Assembly: GCA_050248855.1 (NCBI GenBank)
Contig: JBFWRP010000018.1
Span: 25,337 to 89,336 of the forward strand
Origin: Planctomycetota bacterium
GTDB lineage: Bacteria; Planctomycetota; PLA2; JAEUHO01
Direction: 5' to 3'
DNA length: 64,000 nt
Shown here: piece by piece, positions 1-8,093 of the stretch
Layout: every line of letters starts with the position of its first letter
Position numbering within the stretch: position 1 is the stretch's first letter
Made by a program: the position numbers and the translations under genes
Notes under the pieces: model-generated
Seen by the model: only the letters and a program-made list of their open reading frames with translations
What the model was told of the DNA's origin: nothing
The model's database searches: none

Positions 1-562
1 AACGAAGCACCAGCGTTCGCAAGGCGCGAAACGAGAGCTTCCTGGCCTCCGCCACCCAAGCCTCTTCGTGAACAGGGGTGATCACCTTCAGGAGCAGGGG
101 GATCTTGCTCCAGCGGATCTGCGCAGCGCGAATGGCCGCATCCAGCTTGGGAAGCGAACGGAGGGCCTTGCCGATGCTGGCGAGCTCGTAGACGCGGGCG
201 CGCTCCATGCACAGGTGATCGTGGGCGTAGTGGGCTACCGAGGAGCAGCCCAATGCCTGCCAGCCGCGCGTTTCCAGCATCTCGTCGAGGTAGAAGGCGA
301 GTGCCCGATTGCCTACGTCCTGCAGGCGCTGGGCCGCAACAAGGCGCGCGTGCATGTCGTGCGGCGAGAGTCCACTCCTGAGCTCGGGCAGCGCGACGAG
401 CTTCTTGGCCTTTGCAGGCTTGGCGGTCTCCGCAGGCGCCGTGCGTGGGACGGCGGCCAGGGAAGGCGTGGCCTCGCACACGAAGGACGCGCCGTGCTCG
501 CGGGGCAGCAGACGCAGCGTGGAAATGGACGAACGCAACCTCGCGTGACTCGTGGTGATCAT
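1..562 (-). CDS. Partial CDS running off the left edge; N-terminal region of a DUF222/HNH-endonuclease-like protein
   Basis: Absent from the ORF track. Manual translation from ATG at 562 is open to the edge: MITTSHARLR...ALAFYLDEMLETRGWQALGCSSVAHYAHDHLCMERARVYELASIGKALRSLPKLDAAIRAAQIRWSK. This resembles the N-terminus of DUF222-type HNH proteins; the HNH motif itself is not in the window. Confidence 0.55.
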   Translation of the reverse strand, partial: MITTSHARLRSSISTLRLLPREHGASFVCEATPSLAAVPRTAPAETAKPAKAKKLVALPELRSGLSPHDMHARLVAAQRLQDVGNRALAFYLDEMLETRGWQALGCSSVAHYAHDHLCMERARVYELASIGKALRSLPKLDAAIRAAQIRWSKIPLLLKVITPVHEEAWVAEARKLSFRALRTLVLR

Positions 563-775
563 GACGTCTCCCAGCCCCTCGGCCCTTCCGCGAGCTGGCT
601 ATGCGAACAAAATAGAGACAAGGGGGGACAGTCCCGAAAGCCCTGAAAACAGGTCCCAGGAGGAACCTGCGAGGGCCCCGAGGAGCCAGCGCCTGGGGTC
701 TGATCCCGCGAGGCCGGCCCCGCAGGGGCAGCGCCGCACGCGGCGCCATCGCGAGCCGGACACCTCCGCGCGCGA

Positions 776-1585
776 TCAGGCGGGGCGACGCAGCAACAGG
801 AAGGTGAGATCGTCGGACTTGCCGACGGCGGTGTCCGTGGAGAGCGACGCGCGCATGCGGGCGCGCGCGGCGGTGCCCAGCTCGTCGGCGGCCGCCTCCA
901 GGGAGCCCTTGCGGATCGTGTCCACGATCGCGTCCACGGGCAGGTTGTCGAACAGGCCATCGCTGGCCAGCAGCAACGTGTCGCGGGGCGCCATCGGAAT
1001 GCGCGACGACATCTCGATGCGCGCGTCGCCGCCACCGAGCATGTTGCTGACCAGATGGCGGTCTTCGTGCACCAGCGCTTCGTCCTCGTCCAACACGCCG
1101 GCTTCCACGGCGTAGCCCACCGGCGAGTGCGCGATCGACTCGAACACGCGCCGGCCGCGCTGGCCCACGAGCATCACGCCGCTGTCGCCCACATGGAAGC
1201 TGCGCACGCCATCGGCGCGAACGTGGGTCACCGCAATCGTGCTACCGGCCCCCACCTTCAACGCGGCCAGTGCCTGGTCCGCACTCTCGATGGCGGTGAG
1301 CACGCGTTCGCGAAGCGCACCCTTCGTGTCCGCAAACGTCTTGAGGAACGCATCGATCACGATCTCGGCCGCACGCTCGGCGGCCGGCAGCCCACCGGCG
1401 CCATCGGCCAGGACCAGCAGCACCCCCTCCTCGCCGGCGAGCGGGACCACGGCGCAACCGTCCTGGTTCCCTCCGGCCCGATGGGGCGCCTTGCGCGCCC
1501 ACGCGACGACCTGACCTTGGGGATGAGCGAAGGCGACGGGGCCCTCGGTGTCGCCGGCGACCAGGCGCCAAGGCTCGACCTTCAC
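776..1585 (-). CDS. PP2C/PPM-family Ser/Thr protein phosphatase
   Basis: Motifs NQD, LADGAGG, GST, HVGDS, LASDGL, SDD. GTG start overlaps the kinase stop (GTGA). Confidence 0.9.
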   Translation of the reverse strand: MKVEPWRLVAGDTEGPVAFAHPQGQVVAWARKAPHRAGGNQDGCAVVPLAGEEGVLLVLADGAGGLPAAERAAEIVIDAFLKTFADTKGALRERVLTAIESADQALAALKVGAGSTIAVTHVRADGVRSFHVGDSGVMLVGQRGRRVFESIAHSPVGYAVEAGVLDEDEALVHEDRHLVSNMLGGGDARIEMSSRIPMAPRDTLLLASDGLFDNLPVDAIVDTIRKGSLEAAADELGTAARARMRASLSTDTAVGKSDDLTFLLLRRPA

Positions 1586-2397
1586 CTCATCCCTCCGGCC
1601 CGCCACGCCTTCACCTTCGGGATCACGGCTCGGTAGCGGGCGGCCATTTCTCCAGCATCGGCATAGCGCTGGCGCTGCTTGACGTGGAGGGCCTTGCGCA
1701 AGAGGCGGACCATCTCGGGCGGGTAACGCCGTTCGAGCTTGGCATGCCCCTTGAGCGGCCACTCGAAAGGCCACGACGGATACACACCCGCGAACATGCG
1801 CCACAGGATCAAGCCGGCGCTGAACACGTCGGACCGCGGCGAGGGACGACCCATGGCTTGCTCGGGTGCCATGTAGCCCAGCGTACCGCTGCCCGACGCC
1901 GCGATGGTGCGATACGTGATGCGCGCCAAGCCGAAGTCCGCGAGCCGGATGCGACCATCGTCGAAGATGAGGACGTTCTCCGGCTTGACGTCAAGGTGCA
2001 GCACGCGGCTCTCGTGCGCGAAGGCCAACGCATCGAGCAGCTGCTCACCCCACGCAAGGCTCGTCGTCCAGGCCAGGCGACGCGACAAACGGTCGGCCAG
2101 CGTCTCCTTGGCCAACGGCGAAGCCACGACCAAGCGACCCTCGATGCGATCCGCGTTGCGCAGCGGCAAGATGTTCGGGTGCTCGAGCTTCGCGACGAGC
2201 CGGATCTCCTTCAGGAAATCTTCTTCGGCCTTTTGCGAAAGGGGATGCTCGCTCGGCACGCGCAGTGCGACGGGCAAGCCCTCGATCGTGTCGAGCGCGC
2301 GATAGACGCACGCAAAGCCCCCCTCGCCGAGCAGGGCTTCGATGCGGTACTTGCCCAGGCGCGAGCGGGCCCGGAGACGTCCGTTGGGGCTCCCCAT
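1582..2397 (-). CDS. Single-domain Hanks-type Ser/Thr kinase with the beta3 Lys replaced by Arg
   Basis: GEGGFACVY, VALR, HPNI, HLDVKPEN, DFG, GTLGYMAPE, SDVFSAG. Confidence 0.85.
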   Translation of the reverse strand: MGSPNGRLRARSRLGKYRIEALLGEGGFACVYRALDTIEGLPVALRVPSEHPLSQKAEEDFLKEIRLVAKLEHPNILPLRNADRIEGRLVVASPLAKETLADRLSRRLAWTTSLAWGEQLLDALAFAHESRVLHLDVKPENVLIFDDGRIRLADFGLARITYRTIAASGSGTLGYMAPEQAMGRPSPRSDVFSAGLILWRMFAGVYPSWPFEWPLKGHAKLERRYPPEMVRLLRKALHVKQRQRYADAGEMAARYRAVIPKVKAWRAGGMR

Positions 2398-2816
2398 GGG
2401 GGCGCCATGCTGCCATGGGGCACCCCGCGCCAACCCTGCCGGGGTAAGCGTTCGGCCCCTGAGGTGCGGACGTGCGGCTCGCCAGATGCGTGGCGGTCGG
2501 GCTCCGTGCCGAGCGGCGTCCACGCGCCCTCGGGGGGGGGAACGAGCCGCCACGTCCCTCTCGCACGACGTTGCCCATCTCGCGGGAGGCGAGGCTATCG
2601 CGTTCGGGCCTGGTGGGAGGCCGCGGGCCGATGAGGAGGAGGCCGCGTGGTTGACCACGCCAGGACGACCAAGCCGTGCTCCGGCGCCCCGCCCGGGGCT
2701 GGAAGCTTGGCTGCCGGAAGAGGCGACTGCGGGCCCCAGGCAACCCCTGGCCCCCACGCCGGCGCGAGCCCCGGGCCCGCCCCGCGTACCGTGGCCGGCG
2801 CTCCAAGGAGACGTCC

Positions 2817-3500
2817 ATGCCCGCCGCCCGCCGTACGCCGACCCGTCCGCTGCCGCTGGCCGGACAGCGTTGGGTCGTGACGGCCGGGCCGACGCGCGAA
2901 CACCTGGACGACATCCGCTTCCTCACCAACGCCAGTACGGGGCGGATGGGCATCGAGGTGGCCCGGGCCGCGGCCCGACGCGGGGCGCACGTGGTGTTGG
3001 TGCTCGGCCCCACGTACCTGGCCCCGCCGTCCGGGGTGGAGACGGTGCGGATCACCAGCGTCCGCGACCTCCTGAAGGCCACGCGTGCGGCCGCGGCGGG
3101 CGCGGACGTCGTCGTCTTCACGGCCGCCCCGTCGGACTGGCGGCCCCGCACCCGCCAGCGCGGCAAGCCACCCCGTGCGGGCGACGGTTTCGACCTGCCG
3201 CTGGAGGCCACCGAGGACGTTGCGGCGACGCTCGGCCAGCGCAAGGGGCAGCGCGTCCACATCGGGTTCGCCCTCGAGGTGGCCGCGGGGACGGACCGCG
3301 CCCGCGCCAAGCTCGCCACCAAGCGCTTCGACGCGATCGTGCTGAACGGCCCCGAGAACTTCGGCGCGGGCGGAGGCGAGGCGCTCTGGATCCCCGCCGA
3401 GGGCAAGCCGACGCCGCTTCCCACCTCTACGAAGGCCCGCCTCGCCTCGGCCCTGGTGACCCGCACGGCTCGCCTCGTCGTTCCACGCGGACCTCGGTAG
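2817..3500 (+). CDS. coaB: Phosphopantothenate-cysteine ligase, stand-alone CoaB domain
   Basis: VTAGPTREHLDDIRFLTNASTGRMG, AAPSDW, IGFALE. AAGGAG RBS upstream; no CoaC domain. Confidence 0.85.
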   Translation: MPAARRTPTRPLPLAGQRWVVTAGPTREHLDDIRFLTNASTGRMGIEVARAAARRGAHVVLVLGPTYLAPPSGVETVRITSVRDLLKATRAAAAGADVVVFTAAPSDWRPRTRQRGKPPRAGDGFDLPLEATEDVAATLGQRKGQRVHIGFALEVAAGTDRARAKLATKRFDAIVLNGPENFGAGGGEALWIPAEGKPTPLPTSTKARLASALVTRTARLVVPRGPR

Positions 3501-3599
3501 CAGCCGCATCGCGGTGAGAGGTCTGCCGGTGTCGTAGAGGCGAGAACGCCGGGAAGCGTGCCCCGTTGGCCGCGCATCGGGTCAGCAGGGCTAAGGTAG

Positions 3600-3691
3600 C
3601 GCGCCACCATCGGCGACGACTCGTGGTCCGCGTCGGCCTGCCTTGGCAGGCCGCGCCAACAAGCACGGCTCGTGGAGCCGATGGTGGCGCG
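3600..3691. other. Long intergenic imperfect hairpin
   Basis: Perfect 15-bp arms CGCGCCACCATCGGC (3600-3614) / GCCGATGGTGGCGCG (3677-3691); inner pairs ACGA/TCGT and CGTG/CACG; apical GGCCTGCC-TT-GGCAGGCC. Confidence 0.6.
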
Positions 3692-3762
3692 GGACCGAGC
3701 ATCTGCCAGGCCGCCCCCCCGCACCCCGGCACGCGAACGCGCCACCCCGGTAGCATGCGCGC

Positions 3763-5460
3763 ATGTCGTCGAGCCAGGTCGCCGAAGCCGATCGCGCCGC
3801 CCCGGACGAGGTCGCGCTTGCCGTCAAGCGACTGATCGACGACCTCTCCCGGCCCGAGGCGCTGGACTTGCCGCCCGGAGCCTCCGTCGAGATCCGGCAG
3901 ACGCACATCAGCGTCGTCTTCCTCACGCCCGACCGGGCCTACAAGGTGAAGAAGCCCGTCAAGCTCTGGGGCCTCGTGGACTACACGGATCCCGCGCAGC
4001 GACGCCAGATGTGCGAGGACGAGGTCACGCTCAACCGCCGCCTCGCGGCCGACCTCTACCTCGGCACGGTCCCGATCATCGAGCAGGGCGGTCGTCTGCG
4101 CGTCTGGCACGGCCCGGCCCAGCCGCCCGCCGACGTGCGCGTGGTGGACGCCGCCGTCGTCATGGTCCGCGTGCCCGACGTCGCCAGCTGGGCCGCTCGC
4201 GTCCGCGGCGGGTTTCTCGCCGGCTGGGAAGTCGACGACATGGCCCGCCGGCTGGCCGACTTCCACAAGGCCAACCGGCTCTCGGGCTCCGCCGCGCGGG
4301 CTGCCCTCCCCCTGGGGTTCGCCCGCGTGTTGCGCCAGAACGTGCGCGGCACCGAAATCGGCGTGCCCGACCTCTTCCCGGCCGCGCTGCACCGGGGGCT
4401 CGTCACGCGCCTCGCCCGCCGCCTCGCCCGCGCCCGCCAGCGACTTCGTCAACGCGCCGGCGAGGGTCGTGTCGTGGACGGCCACGGGGACCTGCGCCTC
4501 GAGCACGTCGTGCGCTACCGCGGCCGGGTCGCCGTCTTGGACTGCATCGAGTTCAACCCCCTCCTGCGCCACATCGACCCGCTCTCGGACCTCGCGTTCC
4601 TCTCGATGGACCTGACCGCCAACGGTCGCCCGGACCTCGCTTGGCAGCTCGAACAGGCCTACCTCGACCGGAGCGCGGACATGGACGGTGCCGCGCTCTT
4701 GCCGCTCTTCCGTGCGGCCCGAGCCCACGTCCGCGCCAAGGTCGACCTCGTCATGAGCCGCGACGTGTCGCTGCCCACCGAGCAACGCGCCACCAAGCGC
4801 CGTGGCGCCATGCGCGCCCTGGTCTTGGCGTGGCGCTACGCGCGCACGGGTGCCACGCCGCCGCTCATCGTGCTGCACGGCACGTCGGGCGCCGGGAAGA
4901 GCGTGTTGGCTTCGATCCTGTCCCCCTGGTTCGCGGCCGATGTGCTGCGCTCCGACGTCATCCGCAAGGAGCTCGCGGGGCTCAAGCCCCTCGACCGCCC
5001 GCGCGCGGGCGACATCCCCCGCATCTACGGCCGCGAGATGAGCGCACGCACCTACGAGGCGCTGCACAAGCGGGCGGCCCGCGCCCTCTCCCACGGGCGG
5101 GCCGTCCTGCTCGACGCCACGTACCTCCTCCGCGAGAGCCGCGACGCTGCACGGCAGATGGCCAAGGAGCTGGGCGTCCCGTTCGTCTTGCTCGAGCTCC
5201 GGTGCGATGACGAGGAGATCCGTCGCCGCCTGAAGGCCCGCGCGGAGCGCGGCGACGACCCCTCCGACGCGGGCGTCGAGGTGTTCGAGGCGCAAGTGAG
5301 CCATCGCGAGCGGGTCGAGGCGGACGAGGCGGCAATCGTGCACCAAGCGGGCAGCTCCGCCGAGCAGACGGCCCTGGCCATCGCGAGTGCCCTCGAAGCG
5401 CAAGTCGACGCCCGCCACGAGACGCTGGGCGCCGAGCCGCGCGGCGGCACCTCCTCGTGA
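3763..5460 (+). CDS. Aminoglycoside-phosphotransferase-like domain fused to a P-loop (AAA_33) kinase
   Basis: QTHISVVFL, YKVKKPV, HGDLRLEH, LDCIEFN, followed by GTSGAGKS, RSDVIRKEL, LLDATY, SDA. Confidence 0.9.
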   Translation: MSSSQVAEADRAAPDEVALAVKRLIDDLSRPEALDLPPGASVEIRQTHISVVFLTPDRAYKVKKPVKLWGLVDYTDPAQRRQMCEDEVTLNRRLAADLYLGTVPIIEQGGRLRVWHGPAQPPADVRVVDAAVVMVRVPDVASWAARVRGGFLAGWEVDDMARRLADFHKANRLSGSAARAALPLGFARVLRQNVRGTEIGVPDLFPAALHRGLVTRLARRLARARQRLRQRAGEGRVVDGHGDLRLEHVVRYRGRVAVLDCIEFNPLLRHIDPLSDLAFLSMDLTANGRPDLAWQLEQAYLDRSADMDGAALLPLFRAARAHVRAKVDLVMSRDVSLPTEQRATKRRGAMRALVLAWRYARTGATPPLIVLHGTSGAGKSVLASILSPWFAADVLRSDVIRKELAGLKPLDRPRAGDIPRIYGREMSARTYEALHKRAARALSHGRAVLLDATYLLRESRDAARQMAKELGVPFVLLELRCDDEEIRRRLKARAERGDDPSDAGVEVFEAQVSHRERVEADEAAIVHQAGSSAEQTALAIASALEAQVDARHETLGAEPRGGTSS

Positions 5461-6242
5461 GCGACTACGCGGCGCTGGCCCAGCCGGTGGGCGCGGCGCT
5501 GCGCGCGCTCCGCCCGATCGTGCTGGAGGCGTTCGCGAAGCCCCCCGACCCGGAGCGCCGCAAGGACGACGGCAGCTCGATCACCGCGCTCGACACGGCC
5601 CTCGAGGAGCTTCTCGCCGCGTCCTTGCTCGCGCTCGATGCGACGTTCGGCCTGCGCAGTGAAGAAGCGGGTTGGATGCGCGAAGGCCGACCCACGTGGC
5701 ACCTGGATCCCCTGGACGGCACGGCCAACTTCGAGCGACGCCTGCCGCTGTTCGCCTCGCAAGTCGCCTTGATGGACGGCGTGCGGCCGCTCTTCGGGGC
5801 GATCTACGACCCGCTCGCCGACGACCTGACCTGGGCCGCCGCGGGGGCGGGCGCGTGGCGCGAGGGCCGCCGCCTGCGCATGCCGGATCGTCCGCTGGCC
5901 GATGCGCGCGTGGTGCTCGACCTTGCCGAAGACGGGCTGTTCATGGACGACCCCGACCTCGTGCGCCGCGTGCGGCGGTCCTGCTACCGCGTGCGCGCGT
6001 TGGGTTCCGCCGCGATCCACTTCCGCGAGATCGCCTCGGGCGTCCTCGACGCCTACTTGGGGGGCCGCGCCACGCCCACGCCGCTGCATGACCTCGGACC
6101 GGGCCTCCTTCTCGTTCGCGAAGCCGGAGGCCGCGACTCCGATGGCCACGGCGGCGATCCCCTGGTCCGCCAGCGCGTCGTCGTCGCGGGCTCACCACGG
6201 GTCCACGACGGGCTCGTGGCCCTCCTCCGCCCAAGTGGATAG
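5457..6242 (+). CDS. Inositol monophosphatase family protein
   Basis: SEE, LDPLDGTANF, RALGSAA, LHDLGPG. GTGA overlap with the upstream gene. Confidence 0.9.
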   Translation: MSDYAALAQPVGAALRALRPIVLEAFAKPPDPERRKDDGSSITALDTALEELLAASLLALDATFGLRSEEAGWMREGRPTWHLDPLDGTANFERRLPLFASQVALMDGVRPLFGAIYDPLADDLTWAAAGAGAWREGRRLRMPDRPLADARVVLDLAEDGLFMDDPDLVRRVRRSCYRVRALGSAAIHFREIASGVLDAYLGGRATPTPLHDLGPGLLLVREAGGRDSDGHGGDPLVRQRVVVAGSPRVHDGLVALLRPSG

Positions 6243-6251
6243 ACTGCGCCC

Positions 6252-6647
6252 ATGGAAGTGACGCTTCTCACGTTCGACGGTCCCATCGACGAGTTCCCTG
6301 CGCTGATCCAGACGGCCGACACCTTGGTCGCCGACGGGGTGCGCCGCCTGGGGATCGACCTGCCCGAGCTGCCGTTCATCAACTCGGCGGCGCTTGGCTA
6401 CCTCGTGGACCTGCAGCGTCGCCTCGGCAAGGAAGACGGTCTGCTCGCACTGTCGCGGCTCCAGCCTGCGATCGTGAACATCCTGCAAATGACGCGGCTC
6501 GATCAGTTCCTCGCCTTCTTCGACACGACCGAAGAGGCCATCAGCTACCTCGGCGGCGATCCCGACGAGCCCGTGGGCCAAGCCGAGGACCTGGGCACGT
6601 CCCTCTCCCGACAACATTGGCGCGGCAAGCGCGCCGAGACGGCCTGA
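6252..6647 (+). CDS. STAS-domain protein (anti-sigma factor antagonist-like)
   Basis: IDLPELPFINSAALGYLV...ILQMTRLDQF. Confidence 0.8.
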   Translation: MEVTLLTFDGPIDEFPALIQTADTLVADGVRRLGIDLPELPFINSAALGYLVDLQRRLGKEDGLLALSRLQPAIVNILQMTRLDQFLAFFDTTEEAISYLGGDPDEPVGQAEDLGTSLSRQHWRGKRAETA

Positions 6648-6707
6648 GGCCCGCTTCGACCACGCGCCCTCCCCGCGCTTGGTAGCCTTCCTCCGAGGAG
6701 GCTGGCC

Positions 6708-8093
6708 ATGGCTCCGTGGACGGGAAAGCTCTTGCTGATGGGCCTGTTGGTGATCGCGCCGCTCGGCGCGTTGGCGTTGGCCAAGGACGACGGACCCAAG
6801 GAGGTCGAGCCCGCGGCCGACGGCAAGGACGAGATGCTCGCCTGGAAGACCAAGGACGGGCTCGAGTACTACTACCGCCTGCCGCGTGAGTGCCGCGACC
6901 AGAAACCCTGGACGATGACCGTCATCCTCCACGGCAGCAACCTCGACAAGCGCTGGGGCTTCGCCAACCACTCGTGGAAGGAGTTCCGCCCCCACGACCT
7001 CGTGGTCTCGCCGGATGGCACCACGCCCAACGGCAACGGAGGCTTCAACTCGCTCGGCGAGGCGAAGGACGTCAAGCGTGTCGAGGCGCTGATCGAGGAG
7101 ATCAAGAAGGTGCTCCCGGTCGAGCGCGTGCTCCTCTACGGCCACAGCCAAGGCTCGTTCTTCGCGCTTCACTACGCCGGCGCCAAGCCCGACGACGTCC
7201 AGGGCGTCGTAGCCCACGCGAGCGGCCTCTGGACATGGACGCAGACGGGCCCCAAGAGCCACGACCAGGCCATCTGCTTCATGCACGGCACGCGCGATCC
7301 CGTCGTGCCGTACGGCCAGAGCCTGGGCGGCTACGAGGCGCTGCAGAAGGCACGCTACCCCACGGTGCGCATGCGCAGCCTCGAAGGCTGGAACCACTGG
7401 CCCGCCGAACACAACGGCCCCGTCCCCCACACCTCGCAGCAGCTGGCGTGGTGCGACGCCATGACCAGCACCGACCCGGACCGCCTGCAGCGCAGCCTGG
7501 AGACGCTCGCCAACGTGAAGGACCCGGGCCAGCACGACTTCGCCGGCCTCTGGAGCGCAGCCTCGCGCATCGCCACCCTCGACGACGTCCCCGAGGCGTT
7601 GCGCACGAAGGCCGCCGACCTCAAGGCCAAGGTCGAAGCGCTGGCCAAGAAGCACGTCGAAGCCATGGGCGAGATCCCCGACGACCTCGCGCCTGACGGC
7701 AAGGGCTGGATGGGCCACCTCGGCCTGTTCCTGCGCCACTTCGAAGATGTGCCCGCCTGCGCCGAGCTTCGCGAGCGCTTCGCCAAGGTCCTCGAGGCCC
7801 GCGACAAGAAGCTCGGCAAGGCCTGGAGCGACTGGTGGAAAGCGCGCAAGGCGGGGGACGCCGCCGACGGCTTCGACGCGGGGCTCACGATCCTCGGCGA
7901 GGGCTTCCTCACCGTCGCCGGCACCGACCCCGACATCACCAAGGCCATGGACGCCTGGGCCGACGACCCCAAGGGCAACAAGCTCTCGCGCAAGTCGACC
8001 AAGGCCTGGAAGGATCTCTCCAAAGCCCTCGAGAAGGGACTGAAGGACGCGTGGAAGGACTTCGAGAAGGTCAACGGCCGCTTCGGCGACTGA
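6708..8093 (+). CDS. Secreted alpha/beta-hydrolase with helical C-terminal extension
   Basis: Signal peptide; ILHGS, GHSQG nucleophile elbow, HGTRD, WNHW. Confidence 0.8.
   Translation: MAPWTGKLLLMGLLVIAPLGALALAKDDGPKEVEPAADGKDEMLAWKTKDGLEYYYRLPRECRDQKPWTMTVILHGSNLDKRWGFANHSWKEFRPHDLVVSPDGTTPNGNGGFNSLGEAKDVKRVEALIEEIKKVLPVERVLLYGHSQGSFFALHYAGAKPDDVQGVVAHASGLWTWTQTGPKSHDQAICFMHGTRDPVVPYGQSLGGYEALQKARYPTVRMRSLEGWNHWPAEHNGPVPHTSQQLAWCDAMTSTDPDRLQRSLETLANVKDPGQHDFAGLWSAASRIATLDDVPEALRTKAADLKAKVEALAKKHVEAMGEIPDDLAPDGKGWMGHLGLFLRHFEDVPACAELRERFAKVLEARDKKLGKAWSDWWKARKAGDAADGFDAGLTILGEGFLTVAGTDPDITKAMDAWADDPKGNKLSRKSTKAWKDLSKALEKGLKDAWKDFEKVNGRFGD

Noticed and set aside
2400..2810. Structured RNA or riboswitch upstream of coaB
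   Set aside because: Only short GC-rich hairpins; no recognisable SRP, tmRNA, RNase P, tRNA or riboswitch consensus.
2817..3500. coaB as a truncated coaBC pseudogene
   Set aside because: It has its own RBS and intact motifs, and split CoaB/CoaC is an established arrangement.
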